Positions 1-10,967 of a stretch of DNA of 64,000 nt are shown here, one piece after another. Under the pieces are notes generated by a model. It saw nothing but the letters and a program-made list of their open reading frames with translations, was not told the DNA's origin and did not search any database. The stretch is from positions 128,001 through 192,000 of the forward strand of contig CAWCKY010000002.1 of NCBI GenBank assembly GCA_963796275.1. The letters are read 5' to 3'. The position numbers and the translations under genes are program-made. The stretch comes from an uncultured Acidobacteriota bacterium. Lineage in GTDB: Bacteria; Acidobacteriota; Blastocatellia; RBC074. Numbering within the stretch: position 1 is the stretch's first letter; every line of letters begins with the position of its first letter.

Positions 1-522
1 CAGGAATTTCTCTCCAGCAATCGTCCGGAGAGATCCGGCTGCCTGATTCTTGATGTGCGGCTGCCGGGATTGAGCGGACTCGATCTGCAGAGCGGACTGA
101 CCGAAGCAAACATCCACCTCCCGATCATCTTCATCACCGGCCATGGCGACATCCCGATGACGGTGCGGGCGATGAAAGCGGGGGCGGTGGAGTTTCTCAC
201 CAAGCCCTTCCGCGATAAGGACCTGTTGGATGCCATCTCTCAGGCGATCGATCTCGACCGCCATCAGCGACAACAGCGAGGGGACCTGGCAGAGTTGCGC
301 AGCCGGTACGACCACCTCACGTCGCGCGAGCGGGAGGTGATGGCGTTGGTCGTGACGGGGCTGCTCAATAAGCAGGTCGCTGCTGAACTCGGGACGAGCG
401 AGATCACGGTCAAGCTCCATCGCCATCAGGTCATGCAAAAGATGCGGGCAGACTCGCTGGCAAAACTGGTCAGGATGGCCGAAAAACTGGGAATTCCCGC
501 CACAAAGACGCAAGAGTCGTGA
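1..522 (+). CDS. FixJ/NodW-family response regulator (REC + LuxR HTH), 5'-truncated by the window edge
   Basis: Frame is open from base 1 (QEFLSSNRPERSGCLILDVRLPGLSG). Motifs IFITGHGDIPMTVRAMKAGAVEFLTKPF and HTH LTSREREVMALVVTGLLNKQVAAELGTSEITVKLHR. Confidence 0.93.
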   Translation, partial: QEFLSSNRPERSGCLILDVRLPGLSGLDLQSGLTEANIHLPIIFITGHGDIPMTVRAMKAGAVEFLTKPFRDKDLLDAISQAIDLDRHQRQQRGDLAELRSRYDHLTSREREVMALVVTGLLNKQVAAELGTSEITVKLHRHQVMQKMRADSLAKLVRMAEKLGIPATKTQES

Positions 523-542
523 AGGCGGCGACCACTATGGCG

Positions 543-1643
543 CTATTGCGTACCCTTTTTAAACTCGACTTTAAGCTCGACGAGCTCTTGAATCCGCTTG
601 CGCATGGTATTCACATAAGACGCCACTTCGCTGTCACTAAAACCGCCAGCGCGGAACGCATCTGAAAGCTGCTCCACCGACAACCGGGCGAGCAGGCCTC
701 CGATCCAGAGCGCATTTTCGACCGATACATTCTTGAGCAGCAACCGCCCTCGCGTTCGCCCGAGATAGAATTTGATCTGGCCGTTTCGATTCTCGGTGAT
801 GAACTTCTCGCTAGCGTAAGCTTCCGGGTCTCCCTTCGCCTTTCGTTTACCGGGCCCGCGATCTGCCGGCACATCGCCCGTAAATGGAATTCCGCCGTAG
901 CCAGACCTGGTTCGCCCTAATGTCGCTCCCAGGTCGGAGACATAGTAGATCAATCTCCCTTGCTCCTCCTCACTGCTGGGGCGCTCTACCTTATTATTCA
1001 GTTCTTTAAGGTCCCAGTTGTTGAGCAGGGCCATGAGCGTCTTCAGCCCCTCGAGCTCGCGCGTTCCTACGAAAGGGTTTGATTCCCACGACCAGTTCCC
1101 GATGGTCTTGTATCCGTCGTCTCGCCGTTGAAAGCGCACATTGTAGATGACCGGTTCCGAATAACCTTCGATGCGCGCATCTTTAATGAAATAGTCCTGG
1201 TTGGCGTGGTAACCGACGGCCCACGCGATCCGAGAGGCCACGGTCTCCGGCCCCGCCTCGGGCCCGAATTTCACCGTCCAGTTTCTACCTCGATCGTCCT
1301 TCACAATTATCTTCTTCTGCATACCGGTCGGCTGATCCCTAACATATATGAATTTGCTCACGGGATCGGGAGAACCGGTTTTTCCGCCGAGTCCATAGAA
1401 CAAATCCCGTTGCTCGATCTCTCCTGGATCTCGCCACAAAACCGGGGTGTTAGCGCCCACATCGACTTCACGCGGCTGTTCGTGGACCTCTCTCTTTTTA
1501 CTTTCGCCGGGTTTCTGATCCTTACCTCGTAGATTTGGTTCTGCATTCCGTTGCGTGGCAGTCTGTGCCTCGGCTATCGAAGACGAAATTGAGATAACCA
1601 GAAACGAGGCAATAACTGCTACCATCATTATTCGTTTCTTCAT
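543..1643 (-). CDS. Secreted hypothetical protein with atypical protein-kinase-like motifs
   Basis: ATG at 1643 with GGGAG RBS. Sec signal peptide MKKRIMMVAVIASFLVISISSSIAEA. Motifs WTVKFGPE, NWDLKELN and VSDLG. Confidence 0.7.
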   Translation of the reverse strand: MKKRIMMVAVIASFLVISISSSIAEAQTATQRNAEPNLRGKDQKPGESKKREVHEQPREVDVGANTPVLWRDPGEIEQRDLFYGLGGKTGSPDPVSKFIYVRDQPTGMQKKIIVKDDRGRNWTVKFGPEAGPETVASRIAWAVGYHANQDYFIKDARIEGYSEPVIYNVRFQRRDDGYKTIGNWSWESNPFVGTRELEGLKTLMALLNNWDLKELNNKVERPSSEEEQGRLIYYVSDLGATLGRTRSGYGGIPFTGDVPADRGPGKRKAKGDPEAYASEKFITENRNGQIKFYLGRTRGRLLLKNVSVENALWIGGLLARLSVEQLSDAFRAGGFSDSEVASYVNTMRKRIQELVELKVEFKKGTQ

Positions 1644-1665
1644 TGTTTTACTCCCCGCAATCGTT

Positions 1666-4600
1666 TCAGTCTCCCGCGGCCGGCTCAGTCGCTTTCGGCG
1701 CGGCTCCCGGAGCGCGCTTCTTCGCTGCGCCCGAGAGCTTCTCAATCACATAGAAGCTCACCGGGATAATGAAAATAGCGATCATCGTGGCGGCCAGCAT
1801 CCCGACGATCACGACTGTTCCCAGTATCCGCCTCCCCGCCGCGCCAGAACCCGACGCGATCCACAACGGCACGCATCCACCGATGAACGCGAACGAGGTC
1901 ATCAGGATTGGGCGCAGACGAACACGCGCTCCCTCGAGTGCTGCGTCCACCACGCTACGTCCCTTCTCCAACTCGACCTTGGCGAACTCGACAATCAGGA
2001 TCGCGTTCTTCGCCGAAAGGCCGATGAGCACGATCAGTCCGATCTGGGCATAGACGTTCAGTTCGTAGCCGCGCAGCAAGAGTCCGGCAAAGGCGCCAAG
2101 GACCGCAATCGGCACCGTCAGGAGCACCGAGAAAGGCAGCGACCAGCTCTCATAGAGTGCCGCCAGGATCAGGAAGACGAAGACCAGCGACAGGGCGAAC
2201 GACGTCATCGCGGCTCCTGAAGCCTGCCTCTCCTGATAAGAGAGATCAGCCCAGTCGAAGCCCATCTCGGGCGGCAGGACTTCTTTAGCGACTTCTTCTA
2301 GTGCGGCCATGGCTTGCCCGGAGCTGTAACCGGGCGCAGCTGTACCGATGATTTGGGCGGCGCGGAAGAGATTGAAACGGTTGGTGTATTCCGGGCCGCT
2401 TATGCTGCGTGTGGTCACCAGCGCCGAGAGCGGGACCATGTTGCCGTCGTTATTCCGCACATAGTAATTCCGGATGTCCTGATCGCTCCGGCGCTCTTCC
2501 CCTTCCGCCTGCAGGAAGACGCGCCATTGCCGGCCGAAGCGGTTGAACTGGTTCAGAAAGAGGCCGCCCAGAAATGCCTGCAGCGTTTGATATACGTCCG
2601 CTACGGCAACTCCCTGCTTCAGCACCTTGTCGCGATCCACTTCAGCGAAGATTTGCGGAACGTCGGAGGAGAACTGTGAAGTGACTCCGGCCAGCTCCGG
2701 ACGCTTGCGGCACGCGGCGAGGAAATTCTGCAGATTCTGGTCGAGGAATTCGACCGTCCCGCCACTGCGATCCTGCAGCCAGAACGAGAAACCACCCGCA
2801 CTGCCAAGTCCGGGAATCGAAGGCGGCATGAAAGCGAATGCGATCGCCTCCGGCACCTGGGAGGCCAGAGCCAGATTAACGCGATCAATAATCGCACGCG
2901 CTCCCAACTGCCGCTCGGTGCGCTCATCCCATGGCTTAAGAGCGACGAAGAAGAATCCCTGGTAAGTGGCGGATGTGCGAGTCAGCAGACTGAAGCCGCC
3001 AATCGTATTATAAGACTGCACTCCTTCGGTCTTACCGAGAATCCCCTCGATCTTTTTCAACACCTCATCTGTCCTCGACAGTGATGCCGCCGCTGGCAGC
3101 TGGACGTTGAGGAATGCGTAGCCGTAGTCTTCTTCGGGCAAAAAACCCGTCGGTAGCCGTCTTCCGATGAGGCCATCGGCAACGGCGAAAGCGGCGAGAA
3201 TCAGCATTCCCACAACCGCCTTGCGAATCAGGGCGTGGCTCCATTTGACATATCCGTGCGTCGCCTTCGCAAACACACGGTTGAAGGCGGCGAAGAAGCG
3301 GGCGAGAATGCCGCGCGATTCCTTCCGCGGCCTGAGCAGGAGCGCAGAGAGCGCGGGCGAGAGTGTCAGCGCGTTGAATGCGGAGATGAGCACGGAGATC
3401 GCAATCGTCACTGCGAACTGATTGTTAAGCCGGCCCTGGATGCCGCCCATAAACGCCACCGGCAGGAAGACCGAAGCGAGGATCAGCGCAATGCCGATCA
3501 CCGGCCCCGAGACCTCCTTCATCGCCTGGATCGTGGCCTCGCGCGGCGACATTCCCTCCTCGATGTGATGTTCGACCGCTTCTACGACCACAATCGCGTC
3601 ATCTACGACCAGACCGATCGCGAGCACCAGGCCGAAGAGCGACAACGTGTTGATCGAGAAACCCAACAATGGAAAGACGGCGAAGGTACCGATGAGCGAG
3701 ACCGGCACGGCAATCGCCGGGATAAGTGTAGCTCGCCAGTTCTGCAGGAAGAGGAAGACGACGATGATGACAAGTATCAGAGCCTCAATCAGCGTCTGGA
3801 CGATATCGCGGATTCCCTCGGTCACCGACAGCGTCGTGTCCAGGCTAATAACGTAATCGAGATCGGATGGAAACCGCCCCTTCAGCTCCGCAATCGTCTT
3901 TTTGACCCCGTCGGCGACCTCCAACGCATTTGAGCCTGGAACCTGAAAGACCGCGATGATCGCGCCGGGCTGGCCGTTTATGCGCGACGTCTGCTGATAG
4001 TTGAGGGCACCGAGCTCGATCCTGGCGACATCCTTCATCCGCACGACTGAGCCGTCCGGGTTGGAGCGGACGACGATCTGGCCGAACTCTTCCGGCGTCT
4101 GGAGCCGCCCCTGGGCGCGAACGGTATAGGTCTTCTCCATTTTCTCCGACACAGGCTCAGCCCCTACGCGACCACTGGGGTTGACGGTGCTCTGCTGCTG
4201 GACCGCATTGGCGAGGTCGGGAACCGCGAGACCGAGTTTGGAGAGCCGATCCGGCATAACCCAGATCCGCATCGCATAATCCGTAGCCCCAAAAAGAAGC
4301 ACCTGCCCGACGCCTGGGACTCGGTAGAGCGTGTCATTGATGTTGATATTGGCGTAGTTTGCCAGGAAGAGCGAGTCGTATGTCTTGTTTGGCGAGAAGA
4401 TCGAAATGACGAGCATCGGAATTCCCGTGGACTTGCGCAAACTGATCCCAAACTGGTTGACGTCGGTGGGCAGGTTCGGTTGCGCCTGCGCGATGCGGTT
4501 CTGGACGTTCACCTGATCGATGTTGACGTCGGTATCGATGCCGAACGTCACAGTCAACTGCATCGTCCCATCATTGGCGTTGGTCGACTGCATATAGAGC

Positions 4601-4827
4601 ATATTGTCCACGCCGTTCATCTGCTGTTCGATAGGAGTGGCGACCGATTGCTCGATAGTGACGGCATCTGCTCCCGTATAGGTAGTGGAAGCGATGATCT
4701 GGGGTGGTACGATCTCGGGGAACTGAGCCAACGGTAGACCGCGCATGGCGATGACACCGACGACGACAGTCAAAATGGCGATGACCATCGCGACGATCGG
4801 CCGATTAATGAAAAAGTTGGAAATCAT
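1666..4827 (-). CDS. RND efflux permease, HAE1/AcrB family
   Basis: 1053 aa; [13 protein letters not shown] start, [38 protein letters not shown]. Confidence 0.96.
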   Translation of the reverse strand: MISNFFINRPIVAMVIAILTVVVGVIAMRGLPLAQFPEIVPPQIIASTTYTGADAVTIEQSVATPIEQQMNGVDNMLYMQSTNANDGTMQLTVTFGIDTDVNIDQVNVQNRIAQAQPNLPTDVNQFGISLRKSTGIPMLVISIFSPNKTYDSLFLANYANININDTLYRVPGVGQVLLFGATDYAMRIWVMPDRLSKLGLAVPDLANAVQQQSTVNPSGRVGAEPVSEKMEKTYTVRAQGRLQTPEEFGQIVVRSNPDGSVVRMKDVARIELGALNYQQTSRINGQPGAIIAVFQVPGSNALEVADGVKKTIAELKGRFPSDLDYVISLDTTLSVTEGIRDIVQTLIEALILVIIVVFLFLQNWRATLIPAIAVPVSLIGTFAVFPLLGFSINTLSLFGLVLAIGLVVDDAIVVVEAVEHHIEEGMSPREATIQAMKEVSGPVIGIALILASVFLPVAFMGGIQGRLNNQFAVTIAISVLISAFNALTLSPALSALLLRPRKESRGILARFFAAFNRVFAKATHGYVKWSHALIRKAVVGMLILAAFAVADGLIGRRLPTGFLPEEDYGYAFLNVQLPAAASLSRTDEVLKKIEGILGKTEGVQSYNTIGGFSLLTRTSATYQGFFFVALKPWDERTERQLGARAIIDRVNLALASQVPEAIAFAFMPPSIPGLGSAGGFSFWLQDRSGGTVEFLDQNLQNFLAACRKRPELAGVTSQFSSDVPQIFAEVDRDKVLKQGVAVADVYQTLQAFLGGLFLNQFNRFGRQWRVFLQAEGEERRSDQDIRNYYVRNNDGNMVPLSALVTTRSISGPEYTNRFNLFRAAQIIGTAAPGYSSGQAMAALEEVAKEVLPPEMGFDWADLSYQERQASGAAMTSFALSLVFVFLILAALYESWSLPFSVLLTVPIAVLGAFAGLLLRGYELNVYAQIGLIVLIGLSAKNAILIVEFAKVELEKGRSVVDAALEGARVRLRPILMTSFAFIGGCVPLWIASGSGAAGRRILGTVVIVGMLAATMIAIFIIPVSFYVIEKLSGAAKKRAPGAAPKATEPAAGD

Positions 4828-4842
4828 CGATAAATCCCTCTC

Positions 4843-6132
4843 CTATTGCGCCGGAGCTGTTGAGTCAAACGGTTTCGGGTCGACTATCCCGTCCGGTCTG
4901 ACATTTTGAGTGCCGTCCGCGACGACTCTTTCAGACGGATTCAGCCCTTTCTCAATAATCCACATTGCGCCGACGCGATTGCCGACCTTGACTGGTCGAA
5001 TGCTCACCTTGTTGTCACTGCCCACAACGGCGACCCGGTAGCTGCCCTGCAACTCAGTGACGGCCCGCTGCGGCACAAGTAACGCGTCTTCTCTTATGCT
5101 GGTTACCGCGCGGACTCGGCCATACTGGCCGGGGCGAAGAGTGTTCCCCGGGTTCGGGAAGAGTCCGGCAACTCTGATCGCTCCCGTCTGCTGATCGACT
5201 TGCCGGTCCGCCACGAAGAACCGCCCTTTCTGGGGATAAGTCGTGCCATCAACCAGGATCAGCTCCAGTTGAAGCCTGCTGCTTGCCGCGTCACGCTGGC
5301 TCTGCGTCGGATTGATTCTGGTGAAGTTGAGATAATCCTGTTCCGTTGGGGTGAAATAGACCTTGATCGGATCCACTGTTGAGACCGTGGTGAGAGCCCC
5401 GCTGGTAGGGCTGACCAGGTTGCCGACCTGAGCCTGGGCGATGCCGGCGATCCCGTCTATCAGAGAAGTGATGTTAGTGAAACTAAGGTTGAGCTGAGCA
5501 GTCTCCACCGCAGCATCGGCCGCGGCGACCGCGGCTTTGGCCGCAACGATTGCGGCTTTGGCCGTCTCGACTCCGGCGCTCGAAGCCTTGACCTGGGCCT
5601 GAGCAGCGAGATTGGCTTGGACGGCATTGTCGAGTTCCTGATCGGTGATCGCTTGCTGCCTGGCGAGCGGGGTGTAGCGATTTACATCGAGCTGAGTCTT
5701 GCCCTGATTCGCCTCGTCCTGTGCGAGTTGCGCCTGCGACCCCAGGAGTTGCCCATCAGCCTGTGTGAGCTGCGCTTGAGCTTTTGCCAGATCCCCTTTG
5801 ACTTGATCGAGCGTCGCCTGAAACGGCCTCGGATCGATCTCAAAGAGCAACTGGCCCTTCCTGACGAAAGAGCCTTCCCTGTAAACCTGTCTGAGCATGT
5901 AGCCTGAGACTTGTGCCCTGATCTCAGCGTTGACCATGCCGTCCATCGTCCCAATCCATTCGCTATAGATCGGGACATCCTTTTGCTCGACTTCGACTAC
6001 TTCGACTTCTGGCGCCGGCATCGCCTTCGCCGCGGGCTTGGTCTTTGAAACTCGGAGAGCGATGAACAGGGTGAGGCATGCCAGGCCAATTGAACCCACA
6101 ATGATCAGTTTGCGTTTCGAAAGTGATTTCAT
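4843..6132 (-). CDS. RND periplasmic adaptor (membrane fusion protein)
   Basis: N-terminal TM helix; AEIRAQVSG...EGSFVRKGQLLFEIDPRPF; FPNPGNTLRPGQY; LLVPQRAV. Lies directly upstream of the RND permease. Confidence 0.95.
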   Translation of the reverse strand: MKSLSKRKLIIVGSIGLACLTLFIALRVSKTKPAAKAMPAPEVEVVEVEQKDVPIYSEWIGTMDGMVNAEIRAQVSGYMLRQVYREGSFVRKGQLLFEIDPRPFQATLDQVKGDLAKAQAQLTQADGQLLGSQAQLAQDEANQGKTQLDVNRYTPLARQQAITDQELDNAVQANLAAQAQVKASSAGVETAKAAIVAAKAAVAAADAAVETAQLNLSFTNITSLIDGIAGIAQAQVGNLVSPTSGALTTVSTVDPIKVYFTPTEQDYLNFTRINPTQSQRDAASSRLQLELILVDGTTYPQKGRFFVADRQVDQQTGAIRVAGLFPNPGNTLRPGQYGRVRAVTSIREDALLVPQRAVTELQGSYRVAVVGSDNKVSIRPVKVGNRVGAMWIIEKGLNPSERVVADGTQNVRPDGIVDPKPFDSTAPAQ

Positions 6133-6279
6133 CTCCTTCTCCGATCTGTCTAGCCGGCGACACTAACTCATACCGGCAGCCGGTATCTTTCACGCATTTG
6201 TTGGGTTCTTCTGGATTTTGCTCAATAAGCCGGACTGAAGCTGGAGGGTGAAATAAGTACCAATCCTATGTGCATTCGT

Positions 6280-7287
6280 TTAAGGCAATCTCTTTTTGGA
6301 GTCGAGGGCGAGAGACCCGAGGTTTAGATGGCCGTGTTCCAACATCTCTTTCAATATGCCTTCATCCGAAAGGTCGAGCTGGCGCGAGTTCTCCCAGTCC
6401 TGGTTGAATGTGCGCTCCAAAGTCTTGACGATGCTCTCGTCCGTTACCTCGATTCCCAGTTCGCGGCGCTCATCAAAGCTGCCCGGGGCGATATTCATAG
6501 AGCCAACGATTGCACGTTTACCGTCGGCCAGCATCATCTTGGCGTGGAGGTGTAATCCTTTCAGTCTGTGTATTTTGATCCCGACGTCGTCCATGAAGCG
6601 CAGCCCGTTTACGCCTTCGAAGAGTTTCTTCTCTTTGAGCGAATGAGGCGCGAGCGACATCACCCGCACGTGCACCCCGCGGCGTTTGGCGCGCACCAGA
6701 TGCTCGATAATAGTCATATCCTGATAGCGCTCGTTTTGCAGATACAAATAGTGTTTGGCCTTGTCGATCAGGCGCGCGATCCGCAGCCGGCCGTTGCTGG
6801 GACACCAGACGAGGCGGGCATTCTTCCCGCCATCGAACTGGGACCGATCCCAATCGGCGTTAAAGCAGTCGATCACCTCCTCCACCTCCTCCCTTATTGC
6901 AGTCGCCACGGCGTAGTCGCGCGTCTCAGTAAAGTTCTTGACCGCCCAGTTCATCGATTTGACGAAAGCCAATCTCCCGTCGACTACCATCGATTTCTCG
7001 TGACTGACAGGGAATTGCGGGGGCGTATCTCTGACTTCGACGCCGGCGGCAGTCAGCAATTTGATGGTATCGGCGTTATCCGACTCCCCATCGCGACGGG
7101 CGGGATTGAGCATGATTCTCGTCCTAACACCGCGCCGATGCACAGCAATCACCGCATTGATCAGAGCAGGCTCGGTGAAAAGAAACATTTTGACATCGAG
7201 TGAGCCCTGTGCGGATTCGATTGCCTCCGCGATCGGTCTTACCCCGTCCTCCGGTAGAACGATCAGTTTTCGTTCGGCAGTACTCAT
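6280..7287 (-). CDS. Phospholipase D family protein (cardiolipin synthase-like, two HKD motifs)
   Basis: HEKSMVVD and HAKMMLAD motifs, GSMN after the second, no TM segments evident. Confidence 0.88.
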   Translation of the reverse strand: MSTAERKLIVLPEDGVRPIAEAIESAQGSLDVKMFLFTEPALINAVIAVHRRGVRTRIMLNPARRDGESDNADTIKLLTAAGVEVRDTPPQFPVSHEKSMVVDGRLAFVKSMNWAVKNFTETRDYAVATAIREEVEEVIDCFNADWDRSQFDGGKNARLVWCPSNGRLRIARLIDKAKHYLYLQNERYQDMTIIEHLVRAKRRGVHVRVMSLAPHSLKEKKLFEGVNGLRFMDDVGIKIHRLKGLHLHAKMMLADGKRAIVGSMNIAPGSFDERRELGIEVTDESIVKTLERTFNQDWENSRQLDLSDEGILKEMLEHGHLNLGSLALDSKKRLP

Positions 7288-7569
7288 AATTCGAGATTAG
7301 CGGGAAATGCCAATCTATATTTTTCTTCTTCCAGGTTTCTCATTTCAACTACCTGGCTAATTAAATTACTTTGCAGACAATTATACAGTGATACCGTCAT
7401 AGAAGCGTGCGAGTTCGGAGCACGAGCTAAGGAAGGAAGGCAGCAGGTGTCTTACGTTTTGCGGAAGACTTCGGTTATTTGCCAGAAAAGTGATTATTTG
7501 CCCTTATTTATGCGGGGTATTCCCAACCCAAAACTGGCTTCCTTTTTGCGCCCGAGCCACCAGACCAAA

Positions 7570-7840
7570 ATCACCGAGCGCAAGCGGGCCGAGGATGCGC
7601 TGCAGAAGGCGCAAGCCGAACTCGCGCACGTGACATGTGTCACGACAATGGGTGAGCTGACGTCTTCCATTGTCCACGCGGTCAACCAACCGCCCGCTGC
7701 GGTCACCACCAACGGGAACCTTTACCTGCGCTGGCTCGCGGGCGAACCGCCCAATCTCGATGAGGCATGAGTCTCTGCGGCGGATCATCCGAGATGGGAA
7801 TCGTGCCAGCGAAGTGATAACGCGGATTCGCTCGCTCGTC
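7570..7840 (+). pseudogene. Fragment of a FixL/NodV-type sensor histidine kinase (HisKA region)
   Basis: ITERKRAEDALQKAQAELAHVTCVTTMGELTSSIVHAVNQP...LRWLAGEPPNLDEA, then a frame change to ESLRRIIRDGNRASEVITRIRSL. H-box degenerate; no sensor or ATPase domain. Confidence 0.8.
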
Positions 7841-7848
7841 GTGGGCGG

Positions 7849-8490
7849 CTACAGCGGGAGGCTCGTGCCGCTACTCGCGTTGAGTGTTGCGGCGAAGGTC
7901 AGGTACATGAGCCAGGCGCCTGTGGCGAGCCGGGAGAAGCCGACCGCCCGCTCTCCGAAGACGTTCACAGACCTCAGCCGCGCGTCGGGTTTGGGATGGC
8001 GCAAGAACAGCCCGGCGAAGAGCTCGCTGACATAGACGCAGGTGAGGCCGACGAAGAGCACCCCAACGGGCCAGTCACCGGCCTTGAAGAACACGACCAT
8101 CCCGAGCACCGAGATCACCGTGAATGCGATCGCCATGAACTCGTTCGGGCGCGGGTCGCCGCCTAGCGCTCTAGTCAGCCCCAGCGAGAACCAGTGCACC
8201 CCGTAGGCGGTGAACGCGAGCGCTGCCATATACAGCGCCGGAGCGCGGTAGGAGTGAAACCAGGCAAGACCGACCCAGAGGAAGACACCGGTCAGGAACT
8301 GCATGAAGCCGGGCATGCATATCCCCCAGATCCCGGTCGTGAGATCCACCGGCCGGCTGCGTTCCGGAAGCCCGAGGAACTCCTGAGCGCCGTAGATCAG
8401 ATAGCCGGTCCCGAGACCGAAGAAGCCGACAGCCAGCGGAACGAAGGCTGATTCCGGAAACGCGACCGTGGTCTGGGCAAGAATGATCAT
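7849..8490 (-). CDS. Small multi-pass membrane protein resembling SatP/GPR1/FUN34/YaaH or AmiS/UreI channels
   Basis: About six hydrophobic helices. PGFMQFLTG and FTAYGVHWF resemble GxxQxxxG and FxxYGxFW motifs. Overlaps the ydeP-like stop (ATGA). Confidence 0.55.
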   Translation of the reverse strand: MIILAQTTVAFPESAFVPLAVGFFGLGTGYLIYGAQEFLGLPERSRPVDLTTGIWGICMPGFMQFLTGVFLWVGLAWFHSYRAPALYMAALAFTAYGVHWFSLGLTRALGGDPRPNEFMAIAFTVISVLGMVVFFKAGDWPVGVLFVGLTCVYVSELFAGLFLRHPKPDARLRSVNVFGERAVGFSRLATGAWLMYLTFAATLNASSGTSLPL

Positions 8491-10859
8491 TGGTCTGCTC
8501 CTTTCGTGCGAGCTGGTGTCACCTCGACGACCAGGTGCTTGGTGACCGGCTGCTCGCTCTGCGTGCTGAAGTCGGCGATGCCGCAGAGGACGTTCAACTC
8601 TGGCATGTAACCGGCTGTGCAGCCGGGCGGGATCTCATAGCGGACGGCGCGGTAACCGTATACGGTCCGCTGCGTCCCGTCTCGCGAGTAGCTCGTGATG
8701 TCGACGAGATCGAACTCGCCGAGGCCGCGGTTCTTCATGTCGTCATCGTTCATGAACACGACCGTGCGCAGGCCTTTCAGACCCCGGTAGCGGTCGTCGT
8801 TCGAGTAGATTGTGGTGTTGAACTGGTCGTGCGAGCGGACCGTCGTCAGCAGCAGCCGGCCCTCGCCCGGATCTACGTCTGCCGGTAGCGGCACCGCCGA
8901 GAACTCCGCCCGACCCGACGGAGTTTTGAAGACTCGCTCTCGTGCCGGCTGCGCGATCCGGAAGCCATGCGGATGGCGGGCACGGCGATTGAAGTCCTCG
9001 AAGCCCTCCAGCACACGCTCCATCGTGTCGCGGATCCGGTCGTAATTATTGACGTAGTCCTGCCATGGCGTCTTACTGTCCGGCAGCGTCGCCTGGGCCA
9101 TGGAGGTGAGGATCGCGCATTCCGAGCGCTGGTGCGGCGAGTCGGGCTCCTTCATCCCGTGGGAGATGTGCACCATCGATATCGCGTCCTCGACCGTCAC
9201 CCCCTGCTCGCCGCTCGCCTGGCGGTCTTTGTCGGTGCGAGCGAGGCATGGCAGGATCAGAGCGCGCTTGCCGTGCACGATGTGGCTGCGGTTGAGCTTC
9301 GTGCTCACCTGAACGGTCAACTCGCAATTCCTCAGCGCTTCAGCCGTGTAAGGAATGTCGGGCGTACAGAGCGCAAAGTTCCCCCCGAGCGCGACGAAGA
9401 CCTTCACGTCGCCGCGATGCATCGCCTCGATCGTCGCAACCGTGCCGAGCCCGCGCTCGCGCGGCGGGTCGATCCCGCAGACCTCGGCGAGACGGTCGAG
9501 AAATGCCGCGTCCGGATGATGGTTAACCCCACAGGTGCGGTTGCCTTGTACGTTGCTGTGGCCCCGGACTGGACACGGGCCCGCTCCCTCGCGCCCGATG
9601 TTGCCGCGCAGAAGCAGCACGTTGACGAACTCGCGTACCGTGTCGACGCCGTGTTCGTGCTGCGTGATGCCGAGGCACCGGGCCATGATCACGCGCTTCG
9701 ACGCCATGTATGAGTCCGCGAGCTTCCGGATGTCGGGCTCGGCGATGCCTGAGCCCTCGACCAGGTCGGACCACGGGGTGGACTCGACAAGCGCACGGTA
9801 CTCGTCGAAGCCATGCGTGTGGTATTCGATGAACTCTCGGTCGAGCACAGCCGGGTCTATCGCCGCCGCCTCGAAGACCGCCTTGGCGACGCCACGCATC
9901 AGCGCCATGTCGCCGCCAATCCGCACCTGAACATTCATCGTCCCGATCTCGGTCGTGTGGAAAGTGGCCATGTCGACGAACTCGTGCGGGACGATCGTTC
10001 GTCTCGAAGCCGCTTCGACCAGCGGGTTGATGTGGATGAGCTGCGCGCCGCGCCGGTCGGCCTCGGCGAGCCAGGTGAGCATCCGCGGCGCGGTCGTGGC
10101 GGCGTTGTCGCCCAGCAGCCAGATCGCGTCGGCGGCCGCCCAGTCGCGCATGTCGACGGTGCCCTTGCCACTCCCGAGTGCCGCCGTCAGCGCCCGGCCA
10201 CTGGCCTCGTGGCACATGTTCGAGCAGTCCGGCAGGTTGTTCGTGCCGAATTCGCGCACCCAGAGCTGGTAGAGGAAGGTCGCCTCGTTGCTAAGCCGCC
10301 CGGAGGTGTAGAACGAGGCCTGGTGCGGGCTCTCCAGAGCTCGCAGCGTGTCGCCTACCAATGCGAACGCGTCCTCCCAGGAGATCGGCTCGTATTTGTC
10401 GGTCGCGAGGTTGTAGCTCAGCGGCTCCGCGAGCCGTCCCACCGCCTCGAGGTCGTAGTCGCTCCACTCGGCCAGCTCGCTGACGGTATGGGCGGCAAAA
10501 AAGTCGCGGTCGGCCTTAGCATGCTCGAGTTCCCACGTGGCGTGCTTGACGCCGTTCTCGCAGATGTCGAGGCGGAGTCCGTCGGGGTCGTCTGGCCAGG
10601 CGCAACCCGGGCAGTCGAAGCCCCCGTTCTGGTGGTTCATCACGAAGAGCGAGCGCATGCCGTGCAGAGGCTCCCCCGCGCGCTGGAGTACGCTGGCCAC
10701 GCTGCGCGCAGCACCCCACCCGGCGGCAGGGTGGTGGTATTCGTGCCGCGAGTAGTCGCCGCTCGGTGCCGGGCCGCGGCCGAGCGCGGGTTCGCCCGGT
10801 ATTGCGCCGAGCATCCGCTGCTCCGCGTCGTGTGTCTTTTTCGATGGTGATGTCATCAT
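8487..10859 (-). CDS. FdhF/YdeP-family molybdopterin oxidoreductase
   Basis: GFDCPGCAWPD, ICENGVK, FYTSGRLSNE, FGTNNLPDCSNMCHEAS, PVRGHSNVQG, RSHDQFNTTIY. Confidence 0.93.
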   Translation of the reverse strand: MMTSPSKKTHDAEQRMLGAIPGEPALGRGPAPSGDYSRHEYHHPAAGWGAARSVASVLQRAGEPLHGMRSLFVMNHQNGGFDCPGCAWPDDPDGLRLDICENGVKHATWELEHAKADRDFFAAHTVSELAEWSDYDLEAVGRLAEPLSYNLATDKYEPISWEDAFALVGDTLRALESPHQASFYTSGRLSNEATFLYQLWVREFGTNNLPDCSNMCHEASGRALTAALGSGKGTVDMRDWAAADAIWLLGDNAATTAPRMLTWLAEADRRGAQLIHINPLVEAASRRTIVPHEFVDMATFHTTEIGTMNVQVRIGGDMALMRGVAKAVFEAAAIDPAVLDREFIEYHTHGFDEYRALVESTPWSDLVEGSGIAEPDIRKLADSYMASKRVIMARCLGITQHEHGVDTVREFVNVLLLRGNIGREGAGPCPVRGHSNVQGNRTCGVNHHPDAAFLDRLAEVCGIDPPRERGLGTVATIEAMHRGDVKVFVALGGNFALCTPDIPYTAEALRNCELTVQVSTKLNRSHIVHGKRALILPCLARTDKDRQASGEQGVTVEDAISMVHISHGMKEPDSPHQRSECAILTSMAQATLPDSKTPWQDYVNNYDRIRDTMERVLEGFEDFNRRARHPHGFRIAQPARERVFKTPSGRAEFSAVPLPADVDPGEGRLLLTTVRSHDQFNTTIYSNDDRYRGLKGLRTVVFMNDDDMKNRGLGEFDLVDITSYSRDGTQRTVYGYRAVRYEIPPGCTAGYMPELNVLCGIADFSTQSEQPVTKHLVVEVTPARTKGADQ

Positions 10860-10967
10860 ATCTCCTTTCCTATTGTTCGCCTTCGCCCGGCTGCCGGCAC
10901 CCCTTCGGGGGCCAGCGTCGTGCGGTGTTCAGCGCCACGATCGCACGTCGGCTCGAGAGTCATACGC

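Noticed and set aside
8490-10850. Long plus-strand ORFs (248 aa, 345 aa) overlapping the ydeP-like gene
   Set aside because: Antisense shadows expected in high-GC coding DNA, with no recognisable motifs. The same applies to similar ORFs opposite the RND genes.
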